Positions 8,360 to 18,496 are shown, counted from the first letter of the stretch. The stretch: DNA of 64,000 nt from Candidatus Acidiferrales bacterium (GCA_965247455.1 CBDFHE010000016.1:79101-143100); one strand, 5' to 3'. Notes: generated from the letters alone by a model not told the origin. Numbers and translations: made by a program.

Positions 8360-8564
8360 TGCGCGGAATAGTAACATGACCTCCTGGCCGCGACAAGCCA
8401 TCACTCTTTCACAAGTCGTAGGTCTGCCACAAGTTAAGCTTTTCTAACTTTCTCTCTCCCGTTCAACTACGCCGCGTGAAGTGAGAGGCAGACCGACGCA
8501 GTCGGAGTGGAAGTGGGCGAAGCCGGAGACGTCGCGTAAGCTGTCTAGCCCTGGCGTACGTTGC

Positions 8565-9146
8565 CTAACGGTTGGGGCCGGGGAACTCTACCTGCGGGGC
8601 TTCGCGGGCGGCCTGGGCGGCTTCGAAGTAATCCTCGTTGCGCGTGAAGCCGGAGAAGCCTGCCACCAGGTTGTTGGGGAAGAGGCCGATGTAGGTGTTG
8701 TAGCCCCGCAGAGATTCGTTGTAGCGGCGGCGCTCGATCGCGATGCGGTTTTCGGTGCCCGCCAACTCGTCTTGCAGGCGTAGGAAGTTTTCGTTGGACC
8801 GGAGCTGCGGATAGTTTTCCACGATGACGAACAGCCGGCCCAGCGCGCCGTCAAGCTGATTGTTGGCCGCGATGCGTTCGCGCGGGGTGCGCGCCCCCAT
8901 CATCGCTGCGCGCGCGTTGGCGATGTCGCCAAACACGGTTTGCTCCTGCGCCGCAATTCCTTTCACTGTTGCCACCAGGTTGGGAATCAAGTCGGCCCGG
9001 CGTTGCAACACTACATCCACTTGCGCCCAGGTGGCGTTGATGGACTCGCTCTTGCGCACCATTTCATTGCGCCGGCTGACAAGCGATCCGCCCACCATCA
9101 AGACCAGCACCGCCACTACGATTAGGACGATCCAGATTTTCTTCAT
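8565..9146 (-). CDS. lemA: LemA family protein
   Basis: N-terminal TM helix, QRRADLIPNLV, ENYPQL and LAGTENRIAIERRRYN. Confidence 0.93.
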   Translation of the reverse strand: MKKIWIVLIVVAVLVLMVGGSLVSRRNEMVRKSESINATWAQVDVVLQRRADLIPNLVATVKGIAAQEQTVFGDIANARAAMMGARTPRERIAANNQLDGALGRLFVIVENYPQLRSNENFLRLQDELAGTENRIAIERRRYNESLRGYNTYIGLFPNNLVAGFSGFTRNEDYFEAAQAAREAPQVEFPGPNR

Positions 9147-9236
9147 TGTTTCTCCTCTCCCGGTTTGCGCGCCGGGGGACTCCCTCTCTTAAGGCGTTAC
9201 GACGACCGCCTCGGCTTCGTTCCCGATTCCTTCTCC

Positions 9237-9956
9237 TTAGGGGTGGAAGCGACGGTCCACTTCCTCGACAACCCGAACCACGCCTTCTAGGTAGGCGCGG
9301 AAGGTGGGCGCGACATCCACTTCTTTCTCGCGCTTCTTACCCTCGCGCACGTCGAGCACGGTGTGGAAAGCAGCCGCATCGAATCCCAGCACTGACGCCA
9401 GCCGGTCCACCACCGCACGCTTGGGCTGGGGCGGCTGCTCGCCCAGCGTTATCAGGGCGTGGCGAAACAGCGTGGCGAAGGTGGAGACCGAGGCGGTCAT
9501 CAACCTCAGCAACTTCTTGGCATCGCGCGGCGCCGCCAGGTAGTGCTCGCGCAGGCGGACGAGCTGGGTGCGCAGCTCGCGCTCCACCTGCACCCGGTGC
9601 AGCTTCATGGGGATTTCCATCCCGGTGAAGACATCCTCGCCGTAGAGCACGCGATGGCTGGCCTGAATGTCGAGCAGCTCGATGGCGAACACGTCGGCCG
9701 AGCGGCGCAGCTCCTCCAGCGTGAAGACCATCGGCGGCGGCTGCCGCCGGCGCACCCACCACGTCACCGCCGGGTTCAGCTTTTCCATCTCCGCCGCACC
9801 CAGACGTTCCACCACGCAGAGCACGTTGAGGTCGGAGTATTTCCGCTGGAACTCGCCCGCCGCCGCCGACCCGTAGAGCACCACCGCCTTCAAGTTGGCC
9901 CCGGCTGCCGCCTTGAGCTTCTCAACCAGTTGGTTCAGTTCTTTTTCTTTTTCCAT
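9237..9956 (-). CDS. Pol-beta-fold nucleotidyltransferase-like protein with helical C-terminal domain
   Basis: VVLYGSAAAGEF...SDLNV, a GS...DxD motif with the second Asp replaced by Asn; lies between the TPM gene and lemA. Confidence 0.7.
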   Translation of the reverse strand: MEKEKELNQLVEKLKAAAGANLKAVVLYGSAAAGEFQRKYSDLNVLCVVERLGAAEMEKLNPAVTWWVRRRQPPPMVFTLEELRRSADVFAIELLDIQASHRVLYGEDVFTGMEIPMKLHRVQVERELRTQLVRLREHYLAAPRDAKKLLRLMTASVSTFATLFRHALITLGEQPPQPKRAVVDRLASVLGFDAAAFHTVLDVREGKKREKEVDVAPTFRAYLEGVVRVVEEVDRRFHP

Positions 9957-9974
9957 CCCGTTTACACTCCCGCG

Positions 9975-10781
9975 CTACCAGCCTCCGCCGGCGCCGCCGC
10001 CGCCGGAGAGCCCGCCGCCAAATCCACCGAAGCCCCCGCCGCCGCCAAAGCCTCCACCGCCCCAGCCTCCACCCATGTACCAGAGTCCTGGCCCGTAGCG
10101 CCGGCGGCGACGGCCGCCCCCCAGGCCGAGCAACAGCAGCATCACGACCATTACGATAAGCCGGACCAGCCCGCTCGACCCTCCCCGGCTTCGGGCTCGT
10201 GAGCGCTGCGACAACTGCGGCTGTCCGCTCAGGGTTACGCCACGGTCGGTGGCAATCACTTCCGCGATGCGCCCGGTCATTTGGAGCAGCGCCCCGCCGT
10301 AGTTCCCCTGCCGCAGCAGCGGCAGCATCTCGCGGCCAAAGCCGCCCACCTTGCCGTCCGGCAGGATAGGCTCCAGGCCGTAGCCGACTTCGGTCCAGTA
10401 GCGCTGGTCGTCAACGGCGAGCAGAATCAGCGCGCCGCGGTCTTCGCCTTTGTACCCGATGCCCCAGCGCTCGTAGAGCCGGTTGGCAAAATCCTGCTCC
10501 GGCACATCCTCCAGCGAGCGGACGGTGACGACGGCGATTTGCGCGTGGGCTTTCTGGTCCACTTCGGCGCACAGGTTGGTGAGGGCTCCCGCCATGCGTG
10601 GGTCGAGAACGCCCGCGAAGTCGTTGACGTAGCCGCGCGCTTCGAGCTGCTCGACTTTTTCCGCGCGAACAAGTAGAGGGATCAGCAGAACCAGGAGCGC
10701 GCTCAGGACGGCCGCGCGTCGAAACTCCTTCCCGATGGCACCACCATCAGAGTGCGCTCGGTTTGTTTTTCGCCTTTTCAT
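9975..10781 (-). CDS. TPM-domain (YgcG-like) membrane protein with Gly-rich tail
   Basis: GYVNDFAGVL, AQIAVVTV, EVGYGLEPILPD, TM helix and FGGFGGGLSGGGGAGGGW. Start codon uncertain (10781 or 10826). Confidence 0.88.
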   Translation of the reverse strand: MKRRKTNRAHSDGGAIGKEFRRAAVLSALLVLLIPLLVRAEKVEQLEARGYVNDFAGVLDPRMAGALTNLCAEVDQKAHAQIAVVTVRSLEDVPEQDFANRLYERWGIGYKGEDRGALILLAVDDQRYWTEVGYGLEPILPDGKVGGFGREMLPLLRQGNYGGALLQMTGRIAEVIATDRGVTLSGQPQLSQRSRARSRGGSSGLVRLIVMVVMLLLLGLGGGRRRRRYGPGLWYMGGGWGGGGFGGGGGFGGFGGGLSGGGGAGGGW

Positions 10782-10937
10782 TCTGCGCTTGCCGAATCCC
10801 TCCAGACCTGGATGGCGGTTCCTCAATAGGCCAAACTATATTTATACGGAGAAACCCCCGAAAGTCTTGCTGAACAATGCAAGAACCCCCCCACCCCGCT
10901 ATCGTCTGCACCATCCGGTTGTGAGCAGTCATCTTAG

Positions 10938-12607
10938 CCGGGATTTCCGTTTTGCCTGCCCCTGATGGCACGTTTATACACCCGATCGCCGCCGATCGCA
11001 CAAAAACTTCGATCGTCGCACAATCGCTCAGCTTCAAAGGCCTTCATCTGAGCCCGCGCCGACGTGCGACCGACTGGAACCCCTGCTTTTCGGGCATTTC
11101 TCAGACACCGCTCCACACGTGTGCCCCGTGTCATCGCCGGGCGGGCTTCGTTGCACTTCAGGCCGCGCGTCAGCCTGCCGGCACGGGTAGCGCCCAGATC
11201 CTCCGCAGCATGTCGCCGAACAGCCGCCGCGTGAGATGCCCTTCCGCCAGCAGAAGCCAGTAGTACCGCGCATGCTTCACCAGCCGGCCCCCAGTTTTCA
11301 CCAGTCGCTGCTGGAGACTCGTGAGCGACCAGCGCTTGACCCGCAGCGGAAGGACCAGTCTGCGCCACAAGTTGCCCAGATTGTAGGCCAGGACGCTCAG
11401 TTGCAGGCGCACCTCGTTCGCCCGGAAACGATGGCACGACAGCCGCGTCCAGTGGGTGGCCTGCTTGCCTTCCTTGATCCATTGCTCCGCCGTACCGCGC
11501 TTGTTGTAAAACCGCACGACCGAGCGGCTCGGGAGGGCCATGTTGGTCACGATGAAGCCGACGCGAGGGAACAGCTCACCTTGGTGGTGCTCCACCTTGG
11601 CGACGATCCGTCTGGGCGTGGTCCAGCTCTTGGCCTGATAGCGGAAACTCTGGTAGCGCACCAAGGGCTTGCAGCTCGGCCGTCCCGGCGGACGAAAGAG
11701 GATGTCTTCGATTTCCAGCTCCAAGCTCTTGTTCGCCGGCATGCGAATGGCATAGTCCACGTCGCGCTGCTCGAGCGCGTCGTAGATCTCGGGCTTCGCG
11801 AACGCGGCGTCTGCGCGGAACGCTACGCGCTTGCCCTCCACCTGCTGCCGGTCAATCTCCGGTACGAGCAGGTCGTCCCAGTCGTCGGCGCTATGCACGT
11901 TGCCTGGCCGCAGCGTGGCGGCGAGGCAGTCCCCATGCTCGGTGAACAGAAACAGCGGGTGGTAGCAGACGGACTCGAAGTGCCCGTTATAGGCGCTCCC
12001 TTCCTGCGCCCCATGCACCGGGCTCTCGCTCGAATCCATGTCGAGCACGATCCGGTCGGCGCGCGTCGCCATCTCGGCCTGTGCAAGCACCTCCCGGTTC
12101 ACGGCCCTCAACCCGACGAGATTCTCCTCGTGGGTCAGCAGCTCTGTCTCGAACCAATGCAGCGTCGATGTCAGCGCCGCACCCCGGTCCCAGCGCTTTG
12201 GCGACCCGATGAGACGAAATGTTGGGTCTGCCGACACGCGCCCCGCGTCGTTGAGATCTTCGTAGCCCGCGAGGCGACTGTAGACCGACTGCCGCAGGAG
12301 ATCCACCACGCTGAACTGGGTGTTCATCCCCTGTCGGGAATCGCTCAGGTGCTCGGCGATGAGTGTCTCCAGCCCCAGACGTTCATCCAACTCGCGCACC
12401 AGAATGAGGCCAGCGTCAGAAGTGACGCGCGATCCCTGGAACGCGACTTTCAAGAAGCCGTTGAACGCGAACTGGAATGGCTCGTGTTGTAATTCACCCA
12501 CCGGGTGTCACCCTCCGTAGTGTGGTTCCTTACGTCGGAGCCCCAAAACTCAAGGCGCAGCGACTGGTCCTGGCGATACGGTACCACAGCCAAATCGGAA
12601 ATCCGGG
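10938..12607 (-). mobile_element. IS1380-family insertion sequence, 1670 bp
   Basis: Terminal inverted repeats 15/17 identical (CCGGGATTTCCGTTTTG / CCCGGATTTCCGATTTG), with a 5-bp target duplication CTTAG at 10933-10937 and 12608-12612. Confidence 0.92.
11170..12501 (-). CDS. IS1380-family DDE transposase
   Basis: TSDAGL, LAGYEDLNDA, LDMDSS..PVHG.QEG, FRADAAF and YNKRGTAEQWIKEGK. Confidence 0.92.
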   Translation of the reverse strand: MGELQHEPFQFAFNGFLKVAFQGSRVTSDAGLILVRELDERLGLETLIAEHLSDSRQGMNTQFSVVDLLRQSVYSRLAGYEDLNDAGRVSADPTFRLIGSPKRWDRGAALTSTLHWFETELLTHEENLVGLRAVNREVLAQAEMATRADRIVLDMDSSESPVHGAQEGSAYNGHFESVCYHPLFLFTEHGDCLAATLRPGNVHSADDWDDLLVPEIDRQQVEGKRVAFRADAAFAKPEIYDALEQRDVDYAIRMPANKSLELEIEDILFRPPGRPSCKPLVRYQSFRYQAKSWTTPRRIVAKVEHHQGELFPRVGFIVTNMALPSRSVVRFYNKRGTAEQWIKEGKQATHWTRLSCHRFRANEVRLQLSVLAYNLGNLWRRLVLPLRVKRWSLTSLQQRLVKTGGRLVKHARYYWLLLAEGHLTRRLFGDMLRRIWALPVPAG

Positions 12608-12641
12608 CTTAGGTTGTGATCCCACGCAAGTCAACGCGGAG

Positions 12642-14927
12642 CTATTCGGGGAAGTTCAGGCGGCGGAGGAGGGATTGGAAGCGGGGGTCGGAGCGCAGGC
12701 TGTCCCAATCCAAATCCACATTAAGCCAAACCAAGAAGGGGTAGCGCTCCTCGTAGCCCTTCTCCAACCACTCCAGGGCCAGGTCCTTCTGCTCGGCGTG
12801 AGCATACAGGCGTGCGATATGAGTCGGCTGAACATACCTTACCTTTGCTTGTGCCACCAACGTTTCCGCCCCCAGGCTCATCGCACCCCGGTAGCCTGAC
12901 TCGGCGTAGCCGCGTTCCATGGCCGCCGCGGCTTCACTACTGCCAAGCAATGCAAAGAACCGCTTAGCTTCCGCCAAGGCGTCCTCGGTCACCCGCTTTT
13001 GGTGGAAGGCGCTCCAGAGGCCCCAATGCGACCAAAGGAAGTTTGGTTCCGTTACGAGCGCTTTGCGAAACTGCTCGATGGCGTCGTCATACCGGCGCCC
13101 GTCCAGCAACTGCCAACCCAGAAGCGTCTGGAAGAAGAAACTGAACGGGTCCAATTCCAGGGCGCGCTCGACCTGCGCCATGGCCTCAGCGGGACGCTTC
13201 ATTACCCGCAAAAAAGACCAGTAACCGAGACGCAGATAGGGATTGTTGGGGCTGAGCGCGATGGCCCGCTGAAACTGCCTCTCGCCCGCCGCCCAGTCCC
13301 ACGCATAGAAGAATCTGTATCTACCCAAAATCTCATGACCTTCGGCGAGGGTGTCATCCAACTCAACCGCTTTCAAGGCGGCCGGCTTCCCCTTGGAAAC
13401 GGACTCACGGGGCGGGACCAAACCGAAGCCTCCCGCGGCACCCCAGACGTCGCCGATGCCTGTATAGGCCAGCGCGTAATCCGGATCTTTTTCCAGTGCT
13501 AGATTGAAGTAGTCCAGTGCTCTTTCGGAATCCTCCGGAGACGTTCTGTACTCGTGGAAGCGGCCCTTGAGATAAGCCTCGTAAGCCTCGGGGTTGACCC
13601 GTCGGGCGCTGGCCAAGCGCCTTGTCTCCTCCGGCGTCACCGCAACCTGGATCTCTCGCGCAATGGCCCGTGCTACCTCACTCTGCAAGAGCAGCACGTC
13701 TTGCAAGTCGCGCTCGTAGCTCTCCGCCCACAGGTGACTGTCCGTAGCGGCGTGGATTAGCTGCGCCGTAATTCGCACTCGTTGGCCCACTCGTAACACC
13801 GAACCTTCCACCACACCGTCCACATTCAGTTCCTCAGCAATCTCCGGTAGGGACTTATCGGTCCCCTTGTAGCGCATGGCCGAGGTGCGCGAGATTATTT
13901 TCAAGGCCCGAAGCTTGGCCAGATTGGCAATCAAGGTCTCGGTCATCCCGTCAGCAAAGTACTCCTGCTCGGGATCGCGGGAGAGGTTCACAAGCGGCAG
14001 CACCGCCAAAGACTGGATGCGTCTCCGACGAGTTCGGCGCTTTCGTCGGGGCTTCGAGTCCGTTGACACCCGACCGGCATCAATCCCTGCGCCTGCCGCT
14101 AGCCGGCGAAGGTCCACCGCCAGTTCTTTGACCGACTGGTAGCGGTTCTCCGGCTCCTTCTCCAGGGCTTTGAGGATGATGTTCTCCAGCACCGGCGACA
14201 CCCGGCGATTGAGCCCGCTGGGCGGCTGCGGTGCCCGGTTCAGGATGGCGTCAATCAGCCGCGGACCTTGCGTCTCAGGAAAGGGGCGCTGGCCCGTCGC
14301 CATTTCATAGAGCACGGCACCAGCGGCGTAGATATCACTGCGGGCATCGACCTGCTCGCCCCGTAACTGCTCCGGGGCCATGTAGGGCAACGTCCCGGCA
14401 GCGGCTTGCGTCTCGGTGAAGCTCTCGGTGGTGGCTGTGGCCGAAGCTACCTCCGGCCGCACCAGCTTGGCCAGTCCGAAGTCCAGCACCTTGACCTGGC
14501 CCTTCGCCGTCACCATCACGTTGCCGGGCTTGAGGTCGCGGTGCACTACCCCCTGCTCGTGCGCCTCCTCCAGTGCCTCCGCCACCTGTCCCCCCAGCCG
14601 GGTAATCTCCTTCTCCCCAAGCGGCCCCACCGCCAACTTGTCGCTGAGCGTTACCCCCTCGACCAGCTCCATCACCAGGAAATCCACCCCGTCCTGGGTG
14701 TCGAAGTCATGCACGGTAGCGATGTTAGGATGGTTGAGCTTGGAGAGTGCCAACGCCTCTTTGCGGAAGCGCTTGCGGGCAGCCTCGTCGGACAAGGTTC
14801 CGGCGGGCAATACTTTCAGAGCGACATCGCGCTCCAGCCGCTTATCGCGAGCGCGATAGACCTCACCCATCCCGCCCGCGCCGATCTTCTCGCCCACTCG
14901 GTAGTGTGAGAGCGTTTTGCCAATCAC
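12642..14927 (-). CDS. Hanks-type Ser/Thr kinase fused to a TolB_N-like domain and TPR repeats (no TM helix seen)
   Basis: GAGGMG, VALK, HRDLKPGN, DFG and GTLPYMAPE, then SLAVLPLVNLS.DPEQEYFADG and TPR helices. Confidence 0.9.
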   Translation of the reverse strand: MIGKTLSHYRVGEKIGAGGMGEVYRARDKRLERDVALKVLPAGTLSDEAARKRFRKEALALSKLNHPNIATVHDFDTQDGVDFLVMELVEGVTLSDKLAVGPLGEKEITRLGGQVAEALEEAHEQGVVHRDLKPGNVMVTAKGQVKVLDFGLAKLVRPEVASATATTESFTETQAAAGTLPYMAPEQLRGEQVDARSDIYAAGAVLYEMATGQRPFPETQGPRLIDAILNRAPQPPSGLNRRVSPVLENIILKALEKEPENRYQSVKELAVDLRRLAAGAGIDAGRVSTDSKPRRKRRTRRRRIQSLAVLPLVNLSRDPEQEYFADGMTETLIANLAKLRALKIISRTSAMRYKGTDKSLPEIAEELNVDGVVEGSVLRVGQRVRITAQLIHAATDSHLWAESYERDLQDVLLLQSEVARAIAREIQVAVTPEETRRLASARRVNPEAYEAYLKGRFHEYRTSPEDSERALDYFNLALEKDPDYALAYTGIGDVWGAAGGFGLVPPRESVSKGKPAALKAVELDDTLAEGHEILGRYRFFYAWDWAAGERQFQRAIALSPNNPYLRLGYWSFLRVMKRPAEAMAQVERALELDPFSFFFQTLLGWQLLDGRRYDDAIEQFRKALVTEPNFLWSHWGLWSAFHQKRVTEDALAEAKRFFALLGSSEAAAAMERGYAESGYRGAMSLGAETLVAQAKVRYVQPTHIARLYAHAEQKDLALEWLEKGYEERYPFLVWLNVDLDWDSLRSDPRFQSLLRRLNFPE

Positions 14928-15024
14928 AAGAAAGACACCCCCTCCAGTTGCCCGCCATCTTAGGCCCCGCCCTCAGCCAAGTCAACGCGCGGGGCGTGGC
15001 GCGCATCCTAACCGGCAGGCGAAA

Positions 15025-15053
15025 TTGACGGTGCGGCGGGCTTGTGCTAGCGT
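15025..15053 (+). promoter_or_regulatory. Candidate sigma70 promoter of the tol-pal operon
   Basis: TTGACG, 17-bp spacer, then TG-n-TAGCGT, 45 bp upstream of tolQ. Confidence 0.5.
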
Positions 15054-15098
15054 AGCTTCGATGGCCGCGCGCGCCGGAAACGTTCCGCTTGGAGGGCC

Positions 15099-15788
15099 AT
15101 GCCGGAACTAAACTTGGGGCTGTTGCAAGCCGACCTAACCCAGTTGCTGCTGCAAACGGGTTGGGTGGCGCGCTTCGTTCTTCTGGTTCTGCTCGGTTTC
15201 TCGGTTTTTTCTTGGGCCGTCATTTACCGGAAGTACATCATCTTCCGCCATGCTCGCGCGCAGACCGCGCGCTTTCTGGAGGTCTTCCGCACCGCGCAGA
15301 GTTTCCCGGAAGCGCGTCCCCTGGTAGCCACCTTCCCCGCCACCCCGCTGGCATCCGTCTATGCGGCCGGGATGCAGGAGTTGAACAGCCTGCGCGTGGG
15401 CAACAACCCGCAGGGCAAGGGACTCAAGAGCACGGACGCGGTCAACGTGGCCATGCACCTGGCGTCGGCAACGGAAGTCTCGCAGTTGGAGGAACGGATG
15501 AGTTTCCTGGCCACCACCGGCGCGGTGACGCCGTTCATCGGCCTGTTCGGAACCGTTTGGGGCATCATGGGCGCCTTCATGGGTCTGGGCCAAGCCGGTG
15601 CCACCACGCTGAGCGCGGTTGCGCCCGGCATTGCCGAAGCGCTCATCGCCACCGCTGCGGGTCTATTCGCTGCCATCCCGGCGGTGATTGCGTACAATTA
15701 CTTCCTCCACCAGGTCCGCGAGTTCGCCACCCGCATGAACAATTTTTCCCTAGAGTTTTTGACTCGAGCAGAAAAGATCTATTCGTAA
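15099..15788 (+). CDS. tolQ: TolQ (MotA/TolQ/ExbB proton channel)
   Basis: FLATTGAVTPFIGLFGTVWGIM and VAPGIAEALIATAAGLFAAIPAV. Confidence 0.9.
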   Translation: MPELNLGLLQADLTQLLLQTGWVARFVLLVLLGFSVFSWAVIYRKYIIFRHARAQTARFLEVFRTAQSFPEARPLVATFPATPLASVYAAGMQELNSLRVGNNPQGKGLKSTDAVNVAMHLASATEVSQLEERMSFLATTGAVTPFIGLFGTVWGIMGAFMGLGQAGATTLSAVAPGIAEALIATAAGLFAAIPAVIAYNYFLHQVREFATRMNNFSLEFLTRAEKIYS

Positions 15789-15803
15789 TTCGGAGGACCT
15801 ATC

Positions 15804-16226
15804 ATGGCTGCTCCTATTCGCCAGCCACGCACCGCCAGTTCCATGGCCGACATCAACATCACGCCTTTCGTAGATGTGGTCTTGGTGTTGCTCGTCATTT
15901 TTATGATCACCGCGCCCATCTTGCAGTCCGGCATCGAAGTCCAACTGCCCAAGACCAAGACCGTCAAGGCCATCGTCGAGGAACGCTTGGTGCTGACCAT
16001 CGACCGCGGCCAGCGGCTCTACCTGGGCAACGACCTGGTCAACATCAACGCCCTGGGCGAGCTGCTGCGCGCCAAGGGACCCGCTGACCAGCGGTCGGTC
16101 TATATCCGCTGCGACGAATCGGTGCCCTTCGGCACGGTTGCGACGGTGATGGACGCCGTCCGCCAGGCAGGCATCGAGAACGTGAGCATGGTGACGGAGC
16201 CGATTCGGAAGCGCCGCCGCTCCTAA
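15804..16226 (+). CDS. tolR: TolR/ExbD
   Basis: ADINITPFVDVVLVLLVIFMITAP. Confidence 0.9.
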   Translation: MAAPIRQPRTASSMADINITPFVDVVLVLLVIFMITAPILQSGIEVQLPKTKTVKAIVEERLVLTIDRGQRLYLGNDLVNINALGELLRAKGPADQRSVYIRCDESVPFGTVATVMDAVRQAGIENVSMVTEPIRKRRRS

Positions 16227-16235
16227 GGTTTTCCG

Positions 16236-17015
16236 ATGGCGCACGCAAATCAAATCGCATCGCCCGACGGCTTGAAGCGGCCGCTGCTGGTGTCGGTGAC
16301 GGCGCATGCCGGTCTGGTCGCCTTGATGTTGTTGGGTTTGCCGGCTCACCAGCGCGGCGAATCCTGGGGCGGCCCCGGCGGCGGAGCGGTGCAAGTTTCG
16401 CTTGTGCGCCGTCTGCCGGGGATTTCCCTGCCGCGTCCTCCGATTGTGACCCAGAGCCGCCGCGCCACCGAGTCGCGGGGACTCCACCGGGAGCAACCCA
16501 AACCCGAACCGCCCCGGCAAGAGCAGGCCCAGGCGCTACCCCGCTTTGGCGAGGAGCCAAAGCCCGCGCCACAGCGACGCCGGCGGCGGGAGGTGCCTCT
16601 GGTGGTCAACCCGCCCGGCGCCATCCCCCAGGGCGAAGGCGGCCCCCCGGCGCTGCCCTACACTTCCTTCCAAGCGGCTGGAGCCGAGGGCGGCATGAGC
16701 TTCGGGTCGGGCGGCGCGTTCGGCGGCCGCTATCCCTGGTACGTGGACAGCGTGCGCCGCCGCATCAGCAGCAACTGGCTGCTCTCCAGCATTGATCCCT
16801 ACGTGCAGTGGGCGCCGCGCGTGGTGGTGAGCTTTGAGATTCTGCGCAACGGCACAGTGGTGAACCTGCAAGTGCTGCGGGCGAGTGGAGTGGCCTCGGT
16901 GGACCGCTCGGCGGTGCGCGCCGTGCGCGCCTCCTCGCCGCTCGACCGCCTGCCGTCGGGCCACGTCGGCGACAAGGTCAGGGTCGAGTTCTGGTTCGAT
17001 TTCCGCCGCCCGTGA
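16236..17015 (+). CDS. TolA-like energy transducer (TonB C-terminal domain)
   Basis: TM anchor with SxxxH (SVTAH), Pro-rich linker and C-terminal V.FEILRNG.V...SG...VDRSAVRAV; sits at the tolA position. Confidence 0.8.
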   Translation: MAHANQIASPDGLKRPLLVSVTAHAGLVALMLLGLPAHQRGESWGGPGGGAVQVSLVRRLPGISLPRPPIVTQSRRATESRGLHREQPKPEPPRQEQAQALPRFGEEPKPAPQRRRRREVPLVVNPPGAIPQGEGGPPALPYTSFQAAGAEGGMSFGSGGAFGGRYPWYVDSVRRRISSNWLLSSIDPYVQWAPRVVVSFEILRNGTVVNLQVLRASGVASVDRSAVRAVRASSPLDRLPSGHVGDKVRVEFWFDFRRP

Positions 17016-17059
17016 AGGTTCCCGGAGTAACCAAGAACGTGCGTTTGCGCCCAACTGAA

Positions 17060-18403
17060 ATGGAGTTGAAGCGACTGGCTCTCGGCGCTGCTGTCCTGCT
17101 GGCGGTGGCACTGTTACCGCTGCGGGTCGAGCCTCAGCAAGACTGGTTCCGCACCGGTACCGGCTTGGGGGTGGAGAAGGTGCGCGTGGCGCTGCCGTCC
17201 TTCGCCGCCTTCGCGACCGAGGCGGAAACCCTGGCGGGAATTTTCAACGCCACCCTGTGGAACGACTTGGCGATGAGCGGTGTGGTGGAACTGGTCAGCT
17301 CCAGCTTCTATCTCTTGGAGGGGCCCACCCGCCCCAGCGACCTCAACCACGAAGCCTGGGTTGCGAGTCCCACCGAGGCTCACATGGTGGCCTACGGCAA
17401 CCTGGAGTTTCTCAGCGCCGACCTGGCGGTCAACGCCTGGCTTTCGGACGTGCGCAATCCGGGCGCACCGGCGGTGATCGCCAAGCGCTACCGCGGCGAC
17501 CGCACCGAAGACCAGGCCCGGCAGTTGGCGCACCAATTCGCCGACGAGATTGTCGAACGCTTGAGCGGCGGCCAGCCCGGCATTGCCCGCACGCAAGTGG
17601 CTTTCGTCAGCAACCGCTCGCGCAAAAAGGAAATCTGGGTGATGGACTACGACGGCCACAACCAGCACCGCGTGGGCCGCTGCGGCATCCGGTGCCTGAC
17701 GCCGCGCTGGTCGTTCGACCGCACTCGCCTGGCCTACACCGCCTATTCCACCCCGGCGGGGAAATCGGTTCCCCGGGTGGACATTCATCTCCATTCCCTG
17801 CTGACCAAACGCCCGCTGGCCTTCCCGTCCTTGGGCGGAACCACCACCACGCCCGCCTGGTCGCCCGACGGCAGGCGGCTGGCGCTTTCTTCCAGCCGCA
17901 CCCGCGACCACGAAATCTATGTGTGCAACCCCGACGGCAGCAATCTCCGCCGGCTGACTTTTTCCCAAGGAGTGGACATCTCCCCGGCCTGGAACCCGCG
18001 TACCGGCGAGCAGATTGCCTTTGTCAGCGACCGCGGGGGCTCGCCGCAAATTTATCTAATGGACGCCGATGGCTCCAACGTCGAGCGGCTGACCAGCGGC
18101 GAAGGCTACGCTGTCTCGCCCGCCTGGTCGCCCAATGGGCAGATTATTGCCTTCGCCTGGCAGCACGACGACGCCCCCCTCGACATCTATGTAATGGACG
18201 TGGCCACCCGCCAGACCGTCCAGTTGACCCGCGACGCCGGCCGCAACGAGCAGCCCAGTTGGGCTCCCGACGGCCGCCACCTGGTTTTCCAGTCCACCCG
18301 CAGCGGCCGCAACCAGGTCTGGATGATGCTGGCCGACGGCACCGGGCTGCGGCAGTTGACTTTCGAGGGGGCCAATACCGCCCCCCATTGGACTCCGCGG
18401 TGA
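17060..18403 (+). CDS. tolB: TolB beta-propeller protein
   Basis: Signal peptide, TQVAFVS..KEIWVMDYDG, repeated P(A/S)WSPDG PD40 motifs; operon position. Confidence 0.9.
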   Translation: MELKRLALGAAVLLAVALLPLRVEPQQDWFRTGTGLGVEKVRVALPSFAAFATEAETLAGIFNATLWNDLAMSGVVELVSSSFYLLEGPTRPSDLNHEAWVASPTEAHMVAYGNLEFLSADLAVNAWLSDVRNPGAPAVIAKRYRGDRTEDQARQLAHQFADEIVERLSGGQPGIARTQVAFVSNRSRKKEIWVMDYDGHNQHRVGRCGIRCLTPRWSFDRTRLAYTAYSTPAGKSVPRVDIHLHSLLTKRPLAFPSLGGTTTTPAWSPDGRRLALSSSRTRDHEIYVCNPDGSNLRRLTFSQGVDISPAWNPRTGEQIAFVSDRGGSPQIYLMDADGSNVERLTSGEGYAVSPAWSPNGQIIAFAWQHDDAPLDIYVMDVATRQTVQLTRDAGRNEQPSWAPDGRHLVFQSTRSGRNQVWMMLADGTGLRQLTFEGANTAPHWTPR

Positions 18404-18496
18404 GAGGCGAATTTTTGATTGAATCCCGCGGCAGCCGCGGCTATGATGAGCGGGGCTGGTGGAAAATGACCGAATCTGACTACCGGAGGTGAACAG

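Noticed and set aside
8460-8560. Small hairpins between lemA and miaB (CCGAC-GCA-GTCGG, GGC-GAA-GCC) as an ncRNA or repeat
   Set aside because: Single occurrence in the window, short stems and no recognisable family.
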